Part shown: positions 37,735 to 47,691 of the stretch, in pieces
Numbering within the stretch: the stretch's first letter is position 1
How the letters are laid out: each line of letters opens with the position of its first letter
Assembly (NCBI GenBank): GCA_963836315.1
Contig: CAWIJG010000002.1
Location: 1,699,791-1,763,790 of the forward strand
From: an uncultured Verrucomicrobiae bacterium
GTDB lineage: Bacteria; Verrucomicrobiota; Verrucomicrobiia; Palsa-1439
DNA: 64,000 bases
Direction: 5' to 3'
Notes under the pieces: model-generated
Database searches by the model: none
Told to the model about the DNA's origin: nothing
The model's input: only the letters and a program-made list of their open reading frames with translations
Program-made: the position numbers and the translations under genes

Positions 37735-38700
37735 TCAAAATCCCAATCTCCGCCGCAAGCTCCGGCAGGCCATTCTCCCGAGTTCCCGACAAGAACGAAA
37801 CCGGGCGTGATTGTATCTTCGATAGTCTTCTGCGGTGAAGTATTCCTTGGCGTAGGGGAAGAACCCATCTGGCGTAATCAAGAACCCATCCGTTACATAC
37901 GGGTCAAAACCAAGGGCTGGAAAAGAACGCTTCTGAAGATGGATGTACGCATATTCGTGGTCGATGGTACCGCCGTCTCGATTCCGATAGGCTTGAAAAA
38001 TCTTGCCCTTGTACCAGTAGAAAACTTGATCGGAATAGTTCGTGATCTCCGTTCCCTCGAACCGGGTGTGCTTCCACCGTGTCGGAGCCCTTACGTCGAC
38101 GATGAACTCCGCATGGTATTGCACGACGTTGTGGTATCGCAGAATCGGGTGAATCCCGCGCCATTCGTCGAATTGCCTTGTCTCCGGGTCACGAAACGCA
38201 TCCCGGTAATTGACCACATTCGGGGCTTTCAGCGTGAAATACCGGTTCACTTCCGGAGTGTTGCGGTAGAGGCTCAGATGGGCTCGGTTGAGGACCTTGT
38301 TGTGAGACCGGAGAATATCTTCAGTGATAAACGCCCGTAGATCGCCGTAGATCACATCCAAATCACAGTGCCCCCAAAAATCGTATCCCGTAAGCGCTTC
38401 GGCGAATAAGCACCCGTAGGCGGGTTTGAATTTGCACAATTGGTAAGGATTTGGAAGGCTCACCTCAAAGCCCAACTTCTTGGAGAAGCCTTCCCGAAAT
38501 TCGTCCATGGTCGCGTGCTTGATATGCACATTCGAAGGAAGGCGCCGCGCCGTCTTGTCATCTGTAAAGACAAGCCAGTCGATGTCGGGATTGCCTTCGC
38601 AGGAACGGAGCACACAATCGATGTAGGACGGCAGTTTCCCTATGTAGCAGACGACCAGACAAACGGAATTTTTTGACTTCAATGGATCTGCATTAGCCAT
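37735..38700 (-). CDS. Hypothetical protein of a capsule/EPS-locus-associated family (DUF6625-like, possible GT-A-like transferase); lower GC than surroundings
   Basis: 321 aa. N-terminus VCLVVCYIGKLPSYIDCVLRSCEGNPDIDWLVFTDD and a D-x-D-like HCDLDVIYGD. Resembles uncharacterised proteins recurrent in polysaccharide loci. Local GC is visibly lower (~50%). Confidence 0.4.
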   Translation of the reverse strand: MANADPLKSKNSVCLVVCYIGKLPSYIDCVLRSCEGNPDIDWLVFTDDKTARRLPSNVHIKHATMDEFREGFSKKLGFEVSLPNPYQLCKFKPAYGCLFAEALTGYDFWGHCDLDVIYGDLRAFITEDILRSHNKVLNRAHLSLYRNTPEVNRYFTLKAPNVVNYRDAFRDPETRQFDEWRGIHPILRYHNVVQYHAEFIVDVRAPTRWKHTRFEGTEITNYSDQVFYWYKGKIFQAYRNRDGGTIDHEYAYIHLQKRSFPALGFDPYVTDGFLITPDGFFPYAKEYFTAEDYRRYNHARFRSCRELGRMACRSLRRRLGF

Positions 38701-39252
38701 TCTGCGGCGTCTCCTGGCTTGCCGGGGTCATCACACGCCTCGTTCGTATGTATGGGCATCCCGATGGACAACACGATGTTTTTTATACAGAAGCCTGGCC
38801 GCAGTGGCAATACGCATTACTTGACGAGCTTGTTGCAGGCGCCATTTGGCTGCTTGGGCAAGACTCAGAGTGCCCGTGCCGGGGAAAACAGTCACCGCAT
38901 CCGTCGGTCCCGTGGGCGCAATCCTGTTGCCAAATATATCGGTGATACTGGTCCAGCCATTTGCCGTCAGGGCGGTGAACAACAGAAAAAAGCCACACAG
39001 GTTCTTCATGGCGTCGTGTGCGAGAAGGGTGAATAGTATTCGTTGTTCCTGTCAAGTACCCATTTGGAAGCGGCTCGGTGCTTGTTGGGCCGCCGAGATC
39101 CTGCTACGGATTCTTTGCCAATCGCCTACTGCGTCCCATTTGCACCCGAGTTTTACTAAAGCAGCTCCGTCGCGATCGCTTTCAGAGACCATGATCACGA
39201 CGACGAAGATCTCTCGTGCGGTCGCGATCTCTTTGCCCGGCACTGGATCAGC

Positions 39253-40863
39253 TCAATTGCTGAGTGCGGCGGCAACGGCGTTGGCAGCATTGCGCGCGGA
39301 ACCGCCTTTGAGGGGACGGAACAGGATCGGCTCCTCCCCCAAGGATCCGGGAGTAATATCGTTGCCGTAGATGTCCGTCATGCGGAAGCCGGGCAGTGCG
39401 GCGATGGCGCGTGATTGTCCCTCGACGCACCACGCAAACACAATCATACCGGTCCTGGGCCGCTTCCATGTGTAGAGATAAACCTGGCCATCAAGGACCC
39501 GGCTGTCGCCGAGTTTTGCGTGGTTCAGCCAGTAGCAGGTCATCAAGAATGCCGAGGTCTTGGGGTGTGGGCCGCGCGGAGCGTACACGTTATTATTCGG
39601 GGCGGGCGACTCATCCCAGCCGTAGATTTCCCAGTTGGAATTTGAAACCGCTCCAAATAACCCCATGCATTGCGGAGCAAGGTCGACCACTCCGGCGGCG
39701 CGGTACATGATGGTCGTCTTAATGGTACGGCAGAAACCACGATACCATGAAAGCCCAGACATTGTAATAGTCTCATCGTCTGGGTGAGTTAAATTGGCAC
39801 CGAGTGCGCTGGTGCCGTAAAGCCCAATCTCGGTAACGAGCATCGGCTTCTTGGCAACCAACGGACCGAAGTTTGTCGCCAAACGGCTGGGGATCGGCAT
39901 GGCCCAAGAGTCGTTTTCATCAGGCGCCCACCAGCGCATGTCGTAATCGTGGAAGCTCCAGTAGTCGAGCATTTTCAGGATCCCCTGTTGAACCAAAGCG
40001 TCGCTCTCAGTTCGGATGCGGGGGCTGGCCCAGGTAGGACCAACGAGTTTGATGTTCAGATGCAGCGTCTTACGGACAGAATCTGCTGCGCGGGTGAGAT
40101 TCATCAACACAGGGACCACGTCCATCTCGTTGGTTCCGCCGAATTTCGTATACCACGGTTCATTCCAGATTTCCCAACCATAGAGCTTCGAGCCGTACCG
40201 CCGCATGGCGGCAGTGGCGAATTGGGTATAGGCGGTGACAAGTTCGTTCGTGCCCACCCAGGAAGGCACGCTATCGCCACCCAGATAGATGATTTTACGG
40301 TTGGTGCCTGCCAGGGCAGCCATGCCCTGATCCATCTGGGACCAATCCCAGACGTCACGTTGCGGCTGGACGACTGACCAACCGCCAAGGCCGGTACGTT
40401 CCCAACTTGGGCCCAACAGGGCATTCAGGCGGTCGCTGAAAAACCAAGCCCCGGTAAATTGCGAAGAGGGAAGAGAGGTCGGGGCATAGTCGTCTGGCAA
40501 CACGGCAAACTGTGTTCGGTCGCCATCGGTCTCGACGAAGTAATGGCCCTGCGAGAATTGCATGTTGGTCGAAGTGCCCTCGTAGACGACGTTGCCGAAC
40601 GTGTTCAGAACGCGAAATGGGTTCCCATTGGTCGTGGCAATCCCAATCGTATCGGAAACACGGAACAGGCCGTTCCTGTCATCAGGTGTTAGCTGAAATA
40701 CGCCGGGGTTGTAGACGTTAGACGAATACGAGAAGGGGATTGTGCTGACCGTCACCTGCGCGGAGGCGGGTCTGATCTCCTGAAACTGCAATGCAATCAA
40801 CCACAGCAGCACCAGCGGCCAGCTGTTGTGCTGCGTTTCTCGACGGGGAATACAGAGTGTCAT
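39253..40863 (-). CDS. Secreted glycoside hydrolase family 5-like
   Basis: Signal peptide (WPLVLLWLIALQF...ASAQ). GH5 signature GWEIWNEPW (catalytic acid/base NEP). Second conserved Glu region MLVTEIGLYG (nucleophile TE). 536 aa. Confidence 0.6.
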   Translation of the reverse strand: MTLCIPRRETQHNSWPLVLLWLIALQFQEIRPASAQVTVSTIPFSYSSNVYNPGVFQLTPDDRNGLFRVSDTIGIATTNGNPFRVLNTFGNVVYEGTSTNMQFSQGHYFVETDGDRTQFAVLPDDYAPTSLPSSQFTGAWFFSDRLNALLGPSWERTGLGGWSVVQPQRDVWDWSQMDQGMAALAGTNRKIIYLGGDSVPSWVGTNELVTAYTQFATAAMRRYGSKLYGWEIWNEPWYTKFGGTNEMDVVPVLMNLTRAADSVRKTLHLNIKLVGPTWASPRIRTESDALVQQGILKMLDYWSFHDYDMRWWAPDENDSWAMPIPSRLATNFGPLVAKKPMLVTEIGLYGTSALGANLTHPDDETITMSGLSWYRGFCRTIKTTIMYRAAGVVDLAPQCMGLFGAVSNSNWEIYGWDESPAPNNNVYAPRGPHPKTSAFLMTCYWLNHAKLGDSRVLDGQVYLYTWKRPRTGMIVFAWCVEGQSRAIAALPGFRMTDIYGNDITPGSLGEEPILFRPLKGGSARNAANAVAAALSN

Positions 40864-41333
40864 GAACGTATCAATTGTCCTGCTGGAACCTGCGCGCGAT
40901 ACTTAGAGCAGGCGGTGAGCCAAGAAAGCTGCCGGGGGTCAGTACTTTTGAGTCGGTGCGGGAGTGTCGAGTCTGAGAAACAGAAGCAACTTTGAGACTG
41001 GAGAGGACAGTGGTTGGCAAGCGGAGCGGCAGGAGCCTCGGCTTGCGGCCACGTTTTTCCCATGCCGAGTTGAGTTCTCTCCTGTTGCGAGGGGACTGGG
41101 GACAGCGAAACTGAAGGACTCATAAATGTGGTTGACGAGGTCTATGTGGAAATGGATGATTGTAGTCCTTGATACTGCGAGCTTCGATGGGCAAGTCCGT
41201 TCGACGCTGGGGCAGGTTTCTTTGTTCGTGCAAGCAACTGAGTGCTCAAAAGTGAAAACAACCGAAGTCGCCTTGACGGCGACCTGCGGCTAACCGGGCT
41301 GGTGAGAGCCATAATTTTTGCAGCCCACAAAGG

Positions 41334-42434
41334 ATGATCTTGATGGGAGCAAGCTCCAACCCGAAAACGATTCTTGTCACCGGATCGAACGGCCTGATCG
41401 GGTCAGAGGTCTGCCTGCACTTCGCGGCGCGGGGATTCGCCGTCTCGGGCATCGACAACAACCAACGGGCGGTTTTTTTTGGACCCCAAGGGGACACGCG
41501 CTGGAACCAGGGCCGCCTCCAGAAGGCGATCCCTGATTTCCGTCATTACGAAGTCGATGTACGGGACCGTGCTCGCATCGAGCAGACGATCAAGGAAGTC
41601 TCGCCCCAGTTGATCGTGCATGCGGCGGCGCAACCGTCACACGATCTGGCCGCTTCCATGCCCTTTGAGGATTTTGACACCAATGCCGTTGGGACACTGA
41701 ACATGCTCGAGGCGACGCGCCGACATTGTCTGGAAACCCCGTTTGTGTATCTATCGACGAACAAGGTTTATGGAGATGGTCCCAACACAATTCGCCTTAA
41801 AGAGCACGAGACGCGCTGGGATTACGATGACCCTCGGTTCACCCACGGGATTCCGGAGACGTTTCCCGTGGATCAGGTCTTGCATTCGCTCTTCGGGGCC
41901 TCGAAGCTTGCGGCGGATACACTGGTCCAGGAATACGGACGCTATTTCAAGATGCCAACTTGCTGCTTGCGAGGCGGTTGCCTGACCGGCCCCAGTCATT
42001 CCGGGGTGGAACTCCATGGCTTTCTCAGCTATCTCATCAAGTGCAACTACGAGAACAAGCCGTACAAAGTTTACGGCTACAAGGGCAAACAGGTCCGCGA
42101 TAACATCCACTCCGAGGATGTGGCCGCGTTCATCTACGAGTTCTATCGCCGACCACGGGTGGCGGAGGTATATAACATCGGCGGTGGAGTCGAGAACTCC
42201 TGCTCGATTCTTGAGGCGTTTTCATTTGCAGAGAAGCTGAGTGGACGGAAGCAGGTATACGAATACGTCGATCAAAACCGGATTGGAGATCACATTTGCT
42301 ATTATAGTGACCTGCGCAAGATGAAGGAACACTATCCATCCTGGTCGATCACCAAGACCTTGCCACAGATTTTCAAGGAGATTGCGGCATCTTGGGGCCA
42401 GCGATTGGATCGGGGAGCCACGGATCACCACTAG
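41334..42434 (+). CDS. NAD-dependent epimerase/dehydratase (extended SDR), CDP-paratose/tyvelose 2-epimerase-like
   Basis: [11 protein letters not shown] Rossmann motif and YxxxK (YLSTNKVYG / ASKLAA). 366 aa. Confidence 0.75.
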   Translation: MILMGASSNPKTILVTGSNGLIGSEVCLHFAARGFAVSGIDNNQRAVFFGPQGDTRWNQGRLQKAIPDFRHYEVDVRDRARIEQTIKEVSPQLIVHAAAQPSHDLAASMPFEDFDTNAVGTLNMLEATRRHCLETPFVYLSTNKVYGDGPNTIRLKEHETRWDYDDPRFTHGIPETFPVDQVLHSLFGASKLAADTLVQEYGRYFKMPTCCLRGGCLTGPSHSGVELHGFLSYLIKCNYENKPYKVYGYKGKQVRDNIHSEDVAAFIYEFYRRPRVAEVYNIGGGVENSCSILEAFSFAEKLSGRKQVYEYVDQNRIGDHICYYSDLRKMKEHYPSWSITKTLPQIFKEIAASWGQRLDRGATDHH

Positions 42435-42461
42435 CCGCCGTGACGATGGCGCATCAGGACG

Positions 42462-43532
42462 ATGAAGATACTTATCACCGGGGTTTGCGGTTTTGTCGGC
42501 AGCACGATTGCGGAGGAGTTGGCCCGGTCGTCGTCGGGCTGCCAGTTGTTCGGGCTCGATAACCTGAGCCGGGCCGGTAGCGAGGTGAACCTGCCCCGCG
42601 TCAAGAAATGCGGCGTGCGTTTTTTCCCCGGCGACGTCCGGAACGCCAGTGATCTGGAATCTCTTCCCACCGTTGACTGGGTCATCGATGCCGCCGCCAA
42701 TCCGAGTGTGCTGGCGGGAATTACCGGCCAAGTGAGCAGCCGCCAGCTCATTGAACATAATCTGCTGGGGACCATCAACGTGTTGGAGCACTGCAAGCGC
42801 TCGAGCGGCGGGTTGATACTGCTCAGCACCAGCCGCGTCTATTCGATTGCCGCGCTGGCGAGCGCGCCGCTGGACGTGGTGAACGAAGCCTTCGTACCGC
42901 GGCGGCGTGAGATCAACCAACCGGGGTGGACGGAGCACGGGATTCGCGAAGACTTTTCCACCCAATCCCCCTTGTCCTTATATGGTTGCTCCAAACTCAC
43001 GTCGGAACTATTAGCGCAGGAGTACGGGGCGGCATTCGGATTGCCTGTTTACATCAACCGGTGTGGGGTCTTGGCCGGCGCGGGTCAATTCGGAAAGCCG
43101 GACCAGGGTATTTTCTCGTTCTGGATCCATTCCCACTGCCGGCGTCGCCCACTCAAATACATCGGCTTCGGCGGGCACGGCCATCAAGTGCGCGATTGCC
43201 TGCATCCGCGCGACCTCGTGCCGCTGTTGTACAAGCAGATGCAGAGCTCGGGCAGGCATGCCGGACAAATCATCAACTTGGGTGGCGGGATGGCCAGCGG
43301 CGTTTCTCTCGCGCAATTGAGCCAATGGTGTGATCGCCGGTTTGGTTCACACCCCGTCGGGAGCGACAGCGTCGACCGGCCCTTTGACATTCCCTGGATC
43401 GTGCTTGACCCGTCTCGCGCGGAGCAACTTTGGGGATGGCGGGCGACGACGTCGCTGGAACAGGTTCTGGACGAGATCGCCGAGCACGCCTTGGCGCACC
43501 CCGAGTGGTTGGACTTGTCAAGCAACCCATGA
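42462..43532 (+). CDS. NAD-dependent epimerase/dehydratase (extended SDR), paralogue of the preceding gene
   Basis: ITGVCGFVGSTIAEEL Rossmann motif and YGCSKLTSELL catalytic YxxxK. 356 aa. ATGA overlap with the next gene. Confidence 0.75.
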   Translation: MKILITGVCGFVGSTIAEELARSSSGCQLFGLDNLSRAGSEVNLPRVKKCGVRFFPGDVRNASDLESLPTVDWVIDAAANPSVLAGITGQVSSRQLIEHNLLGTINVLEHCKRSSGGLILLSTSRVYSIAALASAPLDVVNEAFVPRRREINQPGWTEHGIREDFSTQSPLSLYGCSKLTSELLAQEYGAAFGLPVYINRCGVLAGAGQFGKPDQGIFSFWIHSHCRRRPLKYIGFGGHGHQVRDCLHPRDLVPLLYKQMQSSGRHAGQIINLGGGMASGVSLAQLSQWCDRRFGSHPVGSDSVDRPFDIPWIVLDPSRAEQLWGWRATTSLEQVLDEIAEHALAHPEWLDLSSNP

Positions 43533-44314
43533 CCGAAACGCCTCCAGTGCCCCGACCGTTGACATTGCTTTCCGTGGTGCTTCCCGCGCGGGACGAAGAG
43601 GGGTGCATTTGCTCCACCGTGGAGCATCTGCACGTCGAATTGCGACTGCGCAATGTGCCGCACGAGATCATCGTGGTGGATGACGGCAGCACGGACGCGA
43701 CATGGCGATTACTTCTCGAACTGCAGCAGCGGGTGCCCACGCTGAGACCGGTTCAAAACACCGGGCTGCATGGGATTGGCCGAGCAATCATTTGTGGACT
43801 GGACGCCATGCGAGGCGACGCAGGGGTGATCATGATGGCCGACGAGTCGGACGACTGTCGTGATGTGGTGCGTTATTGGGTCGAATTGAACAAGGGGTTC
43901 GACTGCGTCTTCGGCAGCCGGTTTATCAAGGGTGGCGGGGTGATCGACTACCCCCCGCACAAGCTTGTGTTGAATCGTCTGGCCAATTATTTCCTCCGGA
44001 TTCTGTTCCGCATTCGGCTCAACGACACCACGAATGCGTTCAAAGCCTATCGCAAAGAGGTGATTATCGGCTGTCGTCCGCTGATCTCGCCGCATTTCAA
44101 CCTGTTAGTGGAACTTCCGTTGAAGGCGATCGTGCGTGGCTATACCTGGACGGTGATTCCCATCACGTGGCGCAATCGTCGCACCGGTGAGGCAAAGCTC
44201 AAGATCAAGGAGATGGGCAGCCGCTACCTGTTCATCTGTCTCTACGTCTGGCTGGAAAAGTATTTCAGCCAGGGCGACTACAAGAAACACGGCCAAAACT
44301 CATCCAACTGCTGA
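43529..44314 (+). CDS. GT2 polyprenyl-phosphate sugar synthase (DPM1/ArnC-like, soluble type)
   Basis: From MTETPP. LSVVLPARDEE...IIVVDDGSTD...MMADESDD (GT-A DXD). Resembles dolichol-/undecaprenyl-phosphate glycosyltransferases. No C-terminal TM domain. Confidence 0.75.
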   Translation: MTETPPVPRPLTLLSVVLPARDEEGCICSTVEHLHVELRLRNVPHEIIVVDDGSTDATWRLLLELQQRVPTLRPVQNTGLHGIGRAIICGLDAMRGDAGVIMMADESDDCRDVVRYWVELNKGFDCVFGSRFIKGGGVIDYPPHKLVLNRLANYFLRILFRIRLNDTTNAFKAYRKEVIIGCRPLISPHFNLLVELPLKAIVRGYTWTVIPITWRNRRTGEAKLKIKEMGSRYLFICLYVWLEKYFSQGDYKKHGQNSSNC

Positions 44315-44347
44315 AACCCCCGGCATCGTGGATTGCGGCGGTGTGGG

Positions 44348-45970
44348 TCAGGGAATCTCCTTGATGAGTATATCGTCATTCTGAAACAAAGTCTTCCAAC
44401 CATCCGCGACATGCGTCAGATGCAAGTGATAGGTCTCCCGCGCCAACCGGGCCTGTCCGGGATTGATCACTTGGACGGCATGGAGCAAGGGAGATTCACT
44501 TATCATAACCAGTTTGTTGTACCCGAGTTCTTTGATCCTCGCCAGGTTCGCGGGGTTTTCTAGAAACTCAGTGCCCCAAATGCTCAATCCCTTCCGGTTC
44601 GTCAGCAGAAACTCGTTGCCACCCCATCCGCCGTTCTGCACCAGCAGGCGGTCCGATTCGTTGGTGTACTTTTGGATTAGCGCCGCGATTTGGCGCGGGT
44701 ACGGATCGTATTCTTCGACAACCTTTATGCCCAGCAGTCCTTGAATCAAAGACAAGCCCAACAGGACGGCGGCGGCACCGACCCAAAGGCGTTCCCTTGA
44801 CAGGACGCTCGGCATCGCGAGGGCCTCAAAGTCCACCACTGCCTGTGCACAAAGCATGGCGATTGCCGGCGAATACATCAGGTAGTAGTGGCGATGGTGA
44901 AGAACAAGATGGGAAAAGATCATCGTTGTCAGGACATCTCCCAACAGCCAGTACTTGGACACGCTACCGCGCTTGCCGAACAAGAGCGCGTATCCCAGCA
45001 GCCCGACGAGAACCAGGCTGCCAAAGCAACAGTTCAGGATCCTCCAACAAGCTTTACCCCAGATCGCCGGAGAGAGACGGTAGTGCCAGTCTCCGAAGTA
45101 CCAAAAAACCATTTGCGGATCGGACAGGCGAAGATCAACCAGGGGAAACTCCGCTTGGGTGACGCAAGAATTTGTATGCCTCGTCCATGCGGCGAACGCG
45201 CTGGCCGCCACCAACCCCGCTGTCCCCAAAAGCAACCAGTGCCGATGGGATTGTCGGTGGAACCGAAGAAGCAGGAAAAACGCGGCAAGTCCTGCCGCCA
45301 TGAAAAAAGGCAGTTTTGAGGTGGCTGAAACCGCCCCTGATAGACACGCGAGTGCCCACCAGAATGCGTTCGGGTGTTGAAGGAGCTTCACGGCGAAGTA
45401 TAAGAACCACACCATGCTGGCAAGCGAGAATCCATCCGTACCCGCGACGCCCGAGTAAAAGAAAACAATCGGCTGAGCCAGAAAGAACACTAAGGTCCAC
45501 GCCGCGCAGCGCCTGCCAAGGTACTCGCGGGACACTTGGTAGAGTGGCCACAGGCAGGTGAAGAACAAGATAAGCGAGGTGATATTCCCCCACCCGAACC
45601 ACGGGCCGCAAAGCTTGAAAACCAGGGCGGTGGCGGCCTGCCAGAGGGGAAATTCCTGTGGAGTCGGCGTCTGCGAAGCATTGAAACCGACGATGACGGG
45701 TCGCAGAAGATCAATCCTTGTCCGGGCGTAGCGCAAAGCCGCACCCAGATGCTGATCGCGATAAAGTGGATAGCCCGCCCGGGCACTGGCTATATGAAAC
45801 AGGCAGGCAGCCACTGCAAAGAAGGCGGCCACAAGCAACAGTAGCTTGGTTCCGTTCTGCCGGGGTTTGTCGTCAATCATGGAATTTGGCCTGTCCTGCG
45901 AACACTTCGCATCCCATTCCGATGAGCTTGGAGCCCACAGAATACCCGCCCTTGCCGGATTTGCCAGCAA
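44348..45970 (-). CDS. GT-C fold membrane glycosyltransferase, ArnT/PMT-like (GT39/GT83-type)
   Basis: 540 aa, ~11 TM helices in the N-terminal 2/3, plus a ~180-aa C-terminal periplasmic domain. First periplasmic loop after TM1 (YPLYRDQHLGAALRYA) resembles the ArnT/PMT family. The start may instead be the internal MIDDKPRQ (45880). Confidence 0.5.
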   Translation of the reverse strand: MLANPARAGILWAPSSSEWDAKCSQDRPNSMIDDKPRQNGTKLLLLVAAFFAVAACLFHIASARAGYPLYRDQHLGAALRYARTRIDLLRPVIVGFNASQTPTPQEFPLWQAATALVFKLCGPWFGWGNITSLILFFTCLWPLYQVSREYLGRRCAAWTLVFFLAQPIVFFYSGVAGTDGFSLASMVWFLYFAVKLLQHPNAFWWALACLSGAVSATSKLPFFMAAGLAAFFLLLRFHRQSHRHWLLLGTAGLVAASAFAAWTRHTNSCVTQAEFPLVDLRLSDPQMVFWYFGDWHYRLSPAIWGKACWRILNCCFGSLVLVGLLGYALLFGKRGSVSKYWLLGDVLTTMIFSHLVLHHRHYYLMYSPAIAMLCAQAVVDFEALAMPSVLSRERLWVGAAAVLLGLSLIQGLLGIKVVEEYDPYPRQIAALIQKYTNESDRLLVQNGGWGGNEFLLTNRKGLSIWGTEFLENPANLARIKELGYNKLVMISESPLLHAVQVINPGQARLARETYHLHLTHVADGWKTLFQNDDILIKEIP

Positions 45971-46097
45971 AAACGCCAGTAATACGGGCGTGACTTATTC
46001 CGAGAGTGGCACGATCGGTCAACTCCGTTCGAACGCGGCATGGACTGGGATCGGCTTGCTTTGGAATGAGGTTTTGCATTAGAAAGTCTTCCTCACG

Positions 46098-46949
46098 ATG
46101 ACACCGCAACGGAGATTCATCAAGGCCTTGGACAGGCCCGGTCTTCAGCCAGTCCTGGCGTTCTTGGCGACCCGGTATGCTCGACGAAAAACCGGGCTGG
46201 ATGTGCAGATTTGTTATGATGCCGGGTGGATCCGGCGAGTGGGAGACTATTGTCTTGCCGAATCCACGACCTTTGACTGGCAGGCGGACCAAATCGCGGC
46301 ATGGCGGGACAATCTTGGCGATATTCTCGACATGCACCGGGACTGGTGGTTTTACCAATACAAGCCTAAGGAAGGTGATGTCGTGGTCGATATCGGCGCT
46401 GGCGTCGGGGAGGCAACGCTGCTCTTTTCGAAATCCGTGGGGACACGAGGAAGGGTTCTCTCCGTAGAGGCCCACCCCACGACCTTTCAGCTTTTGCAGA
46501 AGACCTGCCGCTACAATCAATTGGATCAGAACACAACCTGTCTGCAACGCGCCGTCATGGACAAAGCCGGCAGCATTCGTATTGATAATCGTGCTCACAA
46601 GGGTAGCACCATCCGATTGTCGGAGAATCATGACTCTTCACTTCCTCAGATAGCCGCGATATCACTGGATGAATTGTGTGCAGACCAGAGCATCTCCCAG
46701 GTTGACTTCCTGAAGATGAACATTGAGGGGGCCGAACGATTCGCGATCCAGGGGATGCCTCGCATGATTGAGCGGACGCGCGCACTGTGCATCGCCTGCC
46801 ATGACTTCATTGGTGCCCGCGATGGCTTTTATCGGACGAAGGCCTTGGTTATTGATTATCTGCGGGATCACAATTTTGATGTCGTCACGCGAGAACAGCA
46901 CCCGGAACCGTGGGCGAGAGACCATGTTTACGGAATCCGCAGGACATGA
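46098..46949 (+). CDS. FkbM-family SAM-dependent methyltransferase
   Basis: 283 aa. Class I MTase motif VVDIGAGVGEATLLF. FkbM-type C-terminus. Intact paralogue of the truncated gene at 36097. Confidence 0.8.
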   Translation: MTPQRRFIKALDRPGLQPVLAFLATRYARRKTGLDVQICYDAGWIRRVGDYCLAESTTFDWQADQIAAWRDNLGDILDMHRDWWFYQYKPKEGDVVVDIGAGVGEATLLFSKSVGTRGRVLSVEAHPTTFQLLQKTCRYNQLDQNTTCLQRAVMDKAGSIRIDNRAHKGSTIRLSENHDSSLPQIAAISLDELCADQSISQVDFLKMNIEGAERFAIQGMPRMIERTRALCIACHDFIGARDGFYRTKALVIDYLRDHNFDVVTREQHPEPWARDHVYGIRRT

Positions 46950-47042
46950 ATGCGGACGGAATATGACCGAACTCTGTCAATTGGGTCCAGCGGGTCTGTA
47001 TTTCGTCATTGCGCAGAACCGACACGGCGTTGTTGGTGATCC

Positions 47043-47475
47043 ATGAAACAGGTTCTCATCCTGACCCCATTCATTATGACCCGGCCAAAGACGGTCTTGC
47101 CGAAGTGGCAAAGGCGACGGCGGTCGCTTTGGCCAACCGTGGCTACCGGGTAACGGTGGCGACTGGTTATCTTCCAGATCGCGGGACGGAAGCGCCCGAA
47201 GCCAATCCGACCGAAAACAATTCAAGGTGAGCGGGAACTCAAGTCTGCGCGTTGGTATACAAGGTGAAATAACCCCTTATAAAGACTTCGTCGCGAACTT
47301 CAAGGGGGAGTTTATCATTTGCCACAGATGGGAGTGCTGGTCCACCGACCTCGCGGCATCTGTGTTTCGCAAAACACCAGCGAAGAAGATTCTGGTGAGT
47401 CACGGGCTTACCGCTCATCTCGTGCATTGGCACAGTCGCTTCCCATGGGGGGCTTCGCCAACGGCTGGGGCGGCA
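47043..47475 (+). pseudogene. Degenerate 5' fragment of the GT4/GT1 glycosyltransferase (paralogue of 36515-37687)
   Basis: ~90% nucleotide identity to the first ~430 bp of the intact GT. 1-bp deletion (ccgaccgaaaacaattc versus ccgaccgtaaaacaattc) and other indels break the frame (ORF fragments 47009-47230 and 47227-47667). Homology is lost after ~47460 and the gene is truncated by the Wzx gene end. Confidence 0.65.
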
Positions 47476-47691
47476 TGCTTCTGCCGCGCGTGTTCTCTCG
47501 GGTCTATCGCCTGCTGCTGCTCAAGGAAGTATTCCCCAACTGGGGGCATGGTATTTACGCGTATTACCCGCATGTCTAACGTTCGGGGACTGTTGTGCAC
47601 TGCGCCGGGGTGTGCGGCACACCGCCCCGGCATGAACATCAAGTCCCTGGGATCGCCCCACCTCTAACCAACCCGCCCGCCGGTTGCGGGC

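Larger units (their letters stand above)
46086..47475 (+). repeat. Segmental duplication, copy B (intact FkbM + decayed GT1 5' part)
   Basis: See copy A. Divergence from copy A begins after ~47460. Confidence 0.8.
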
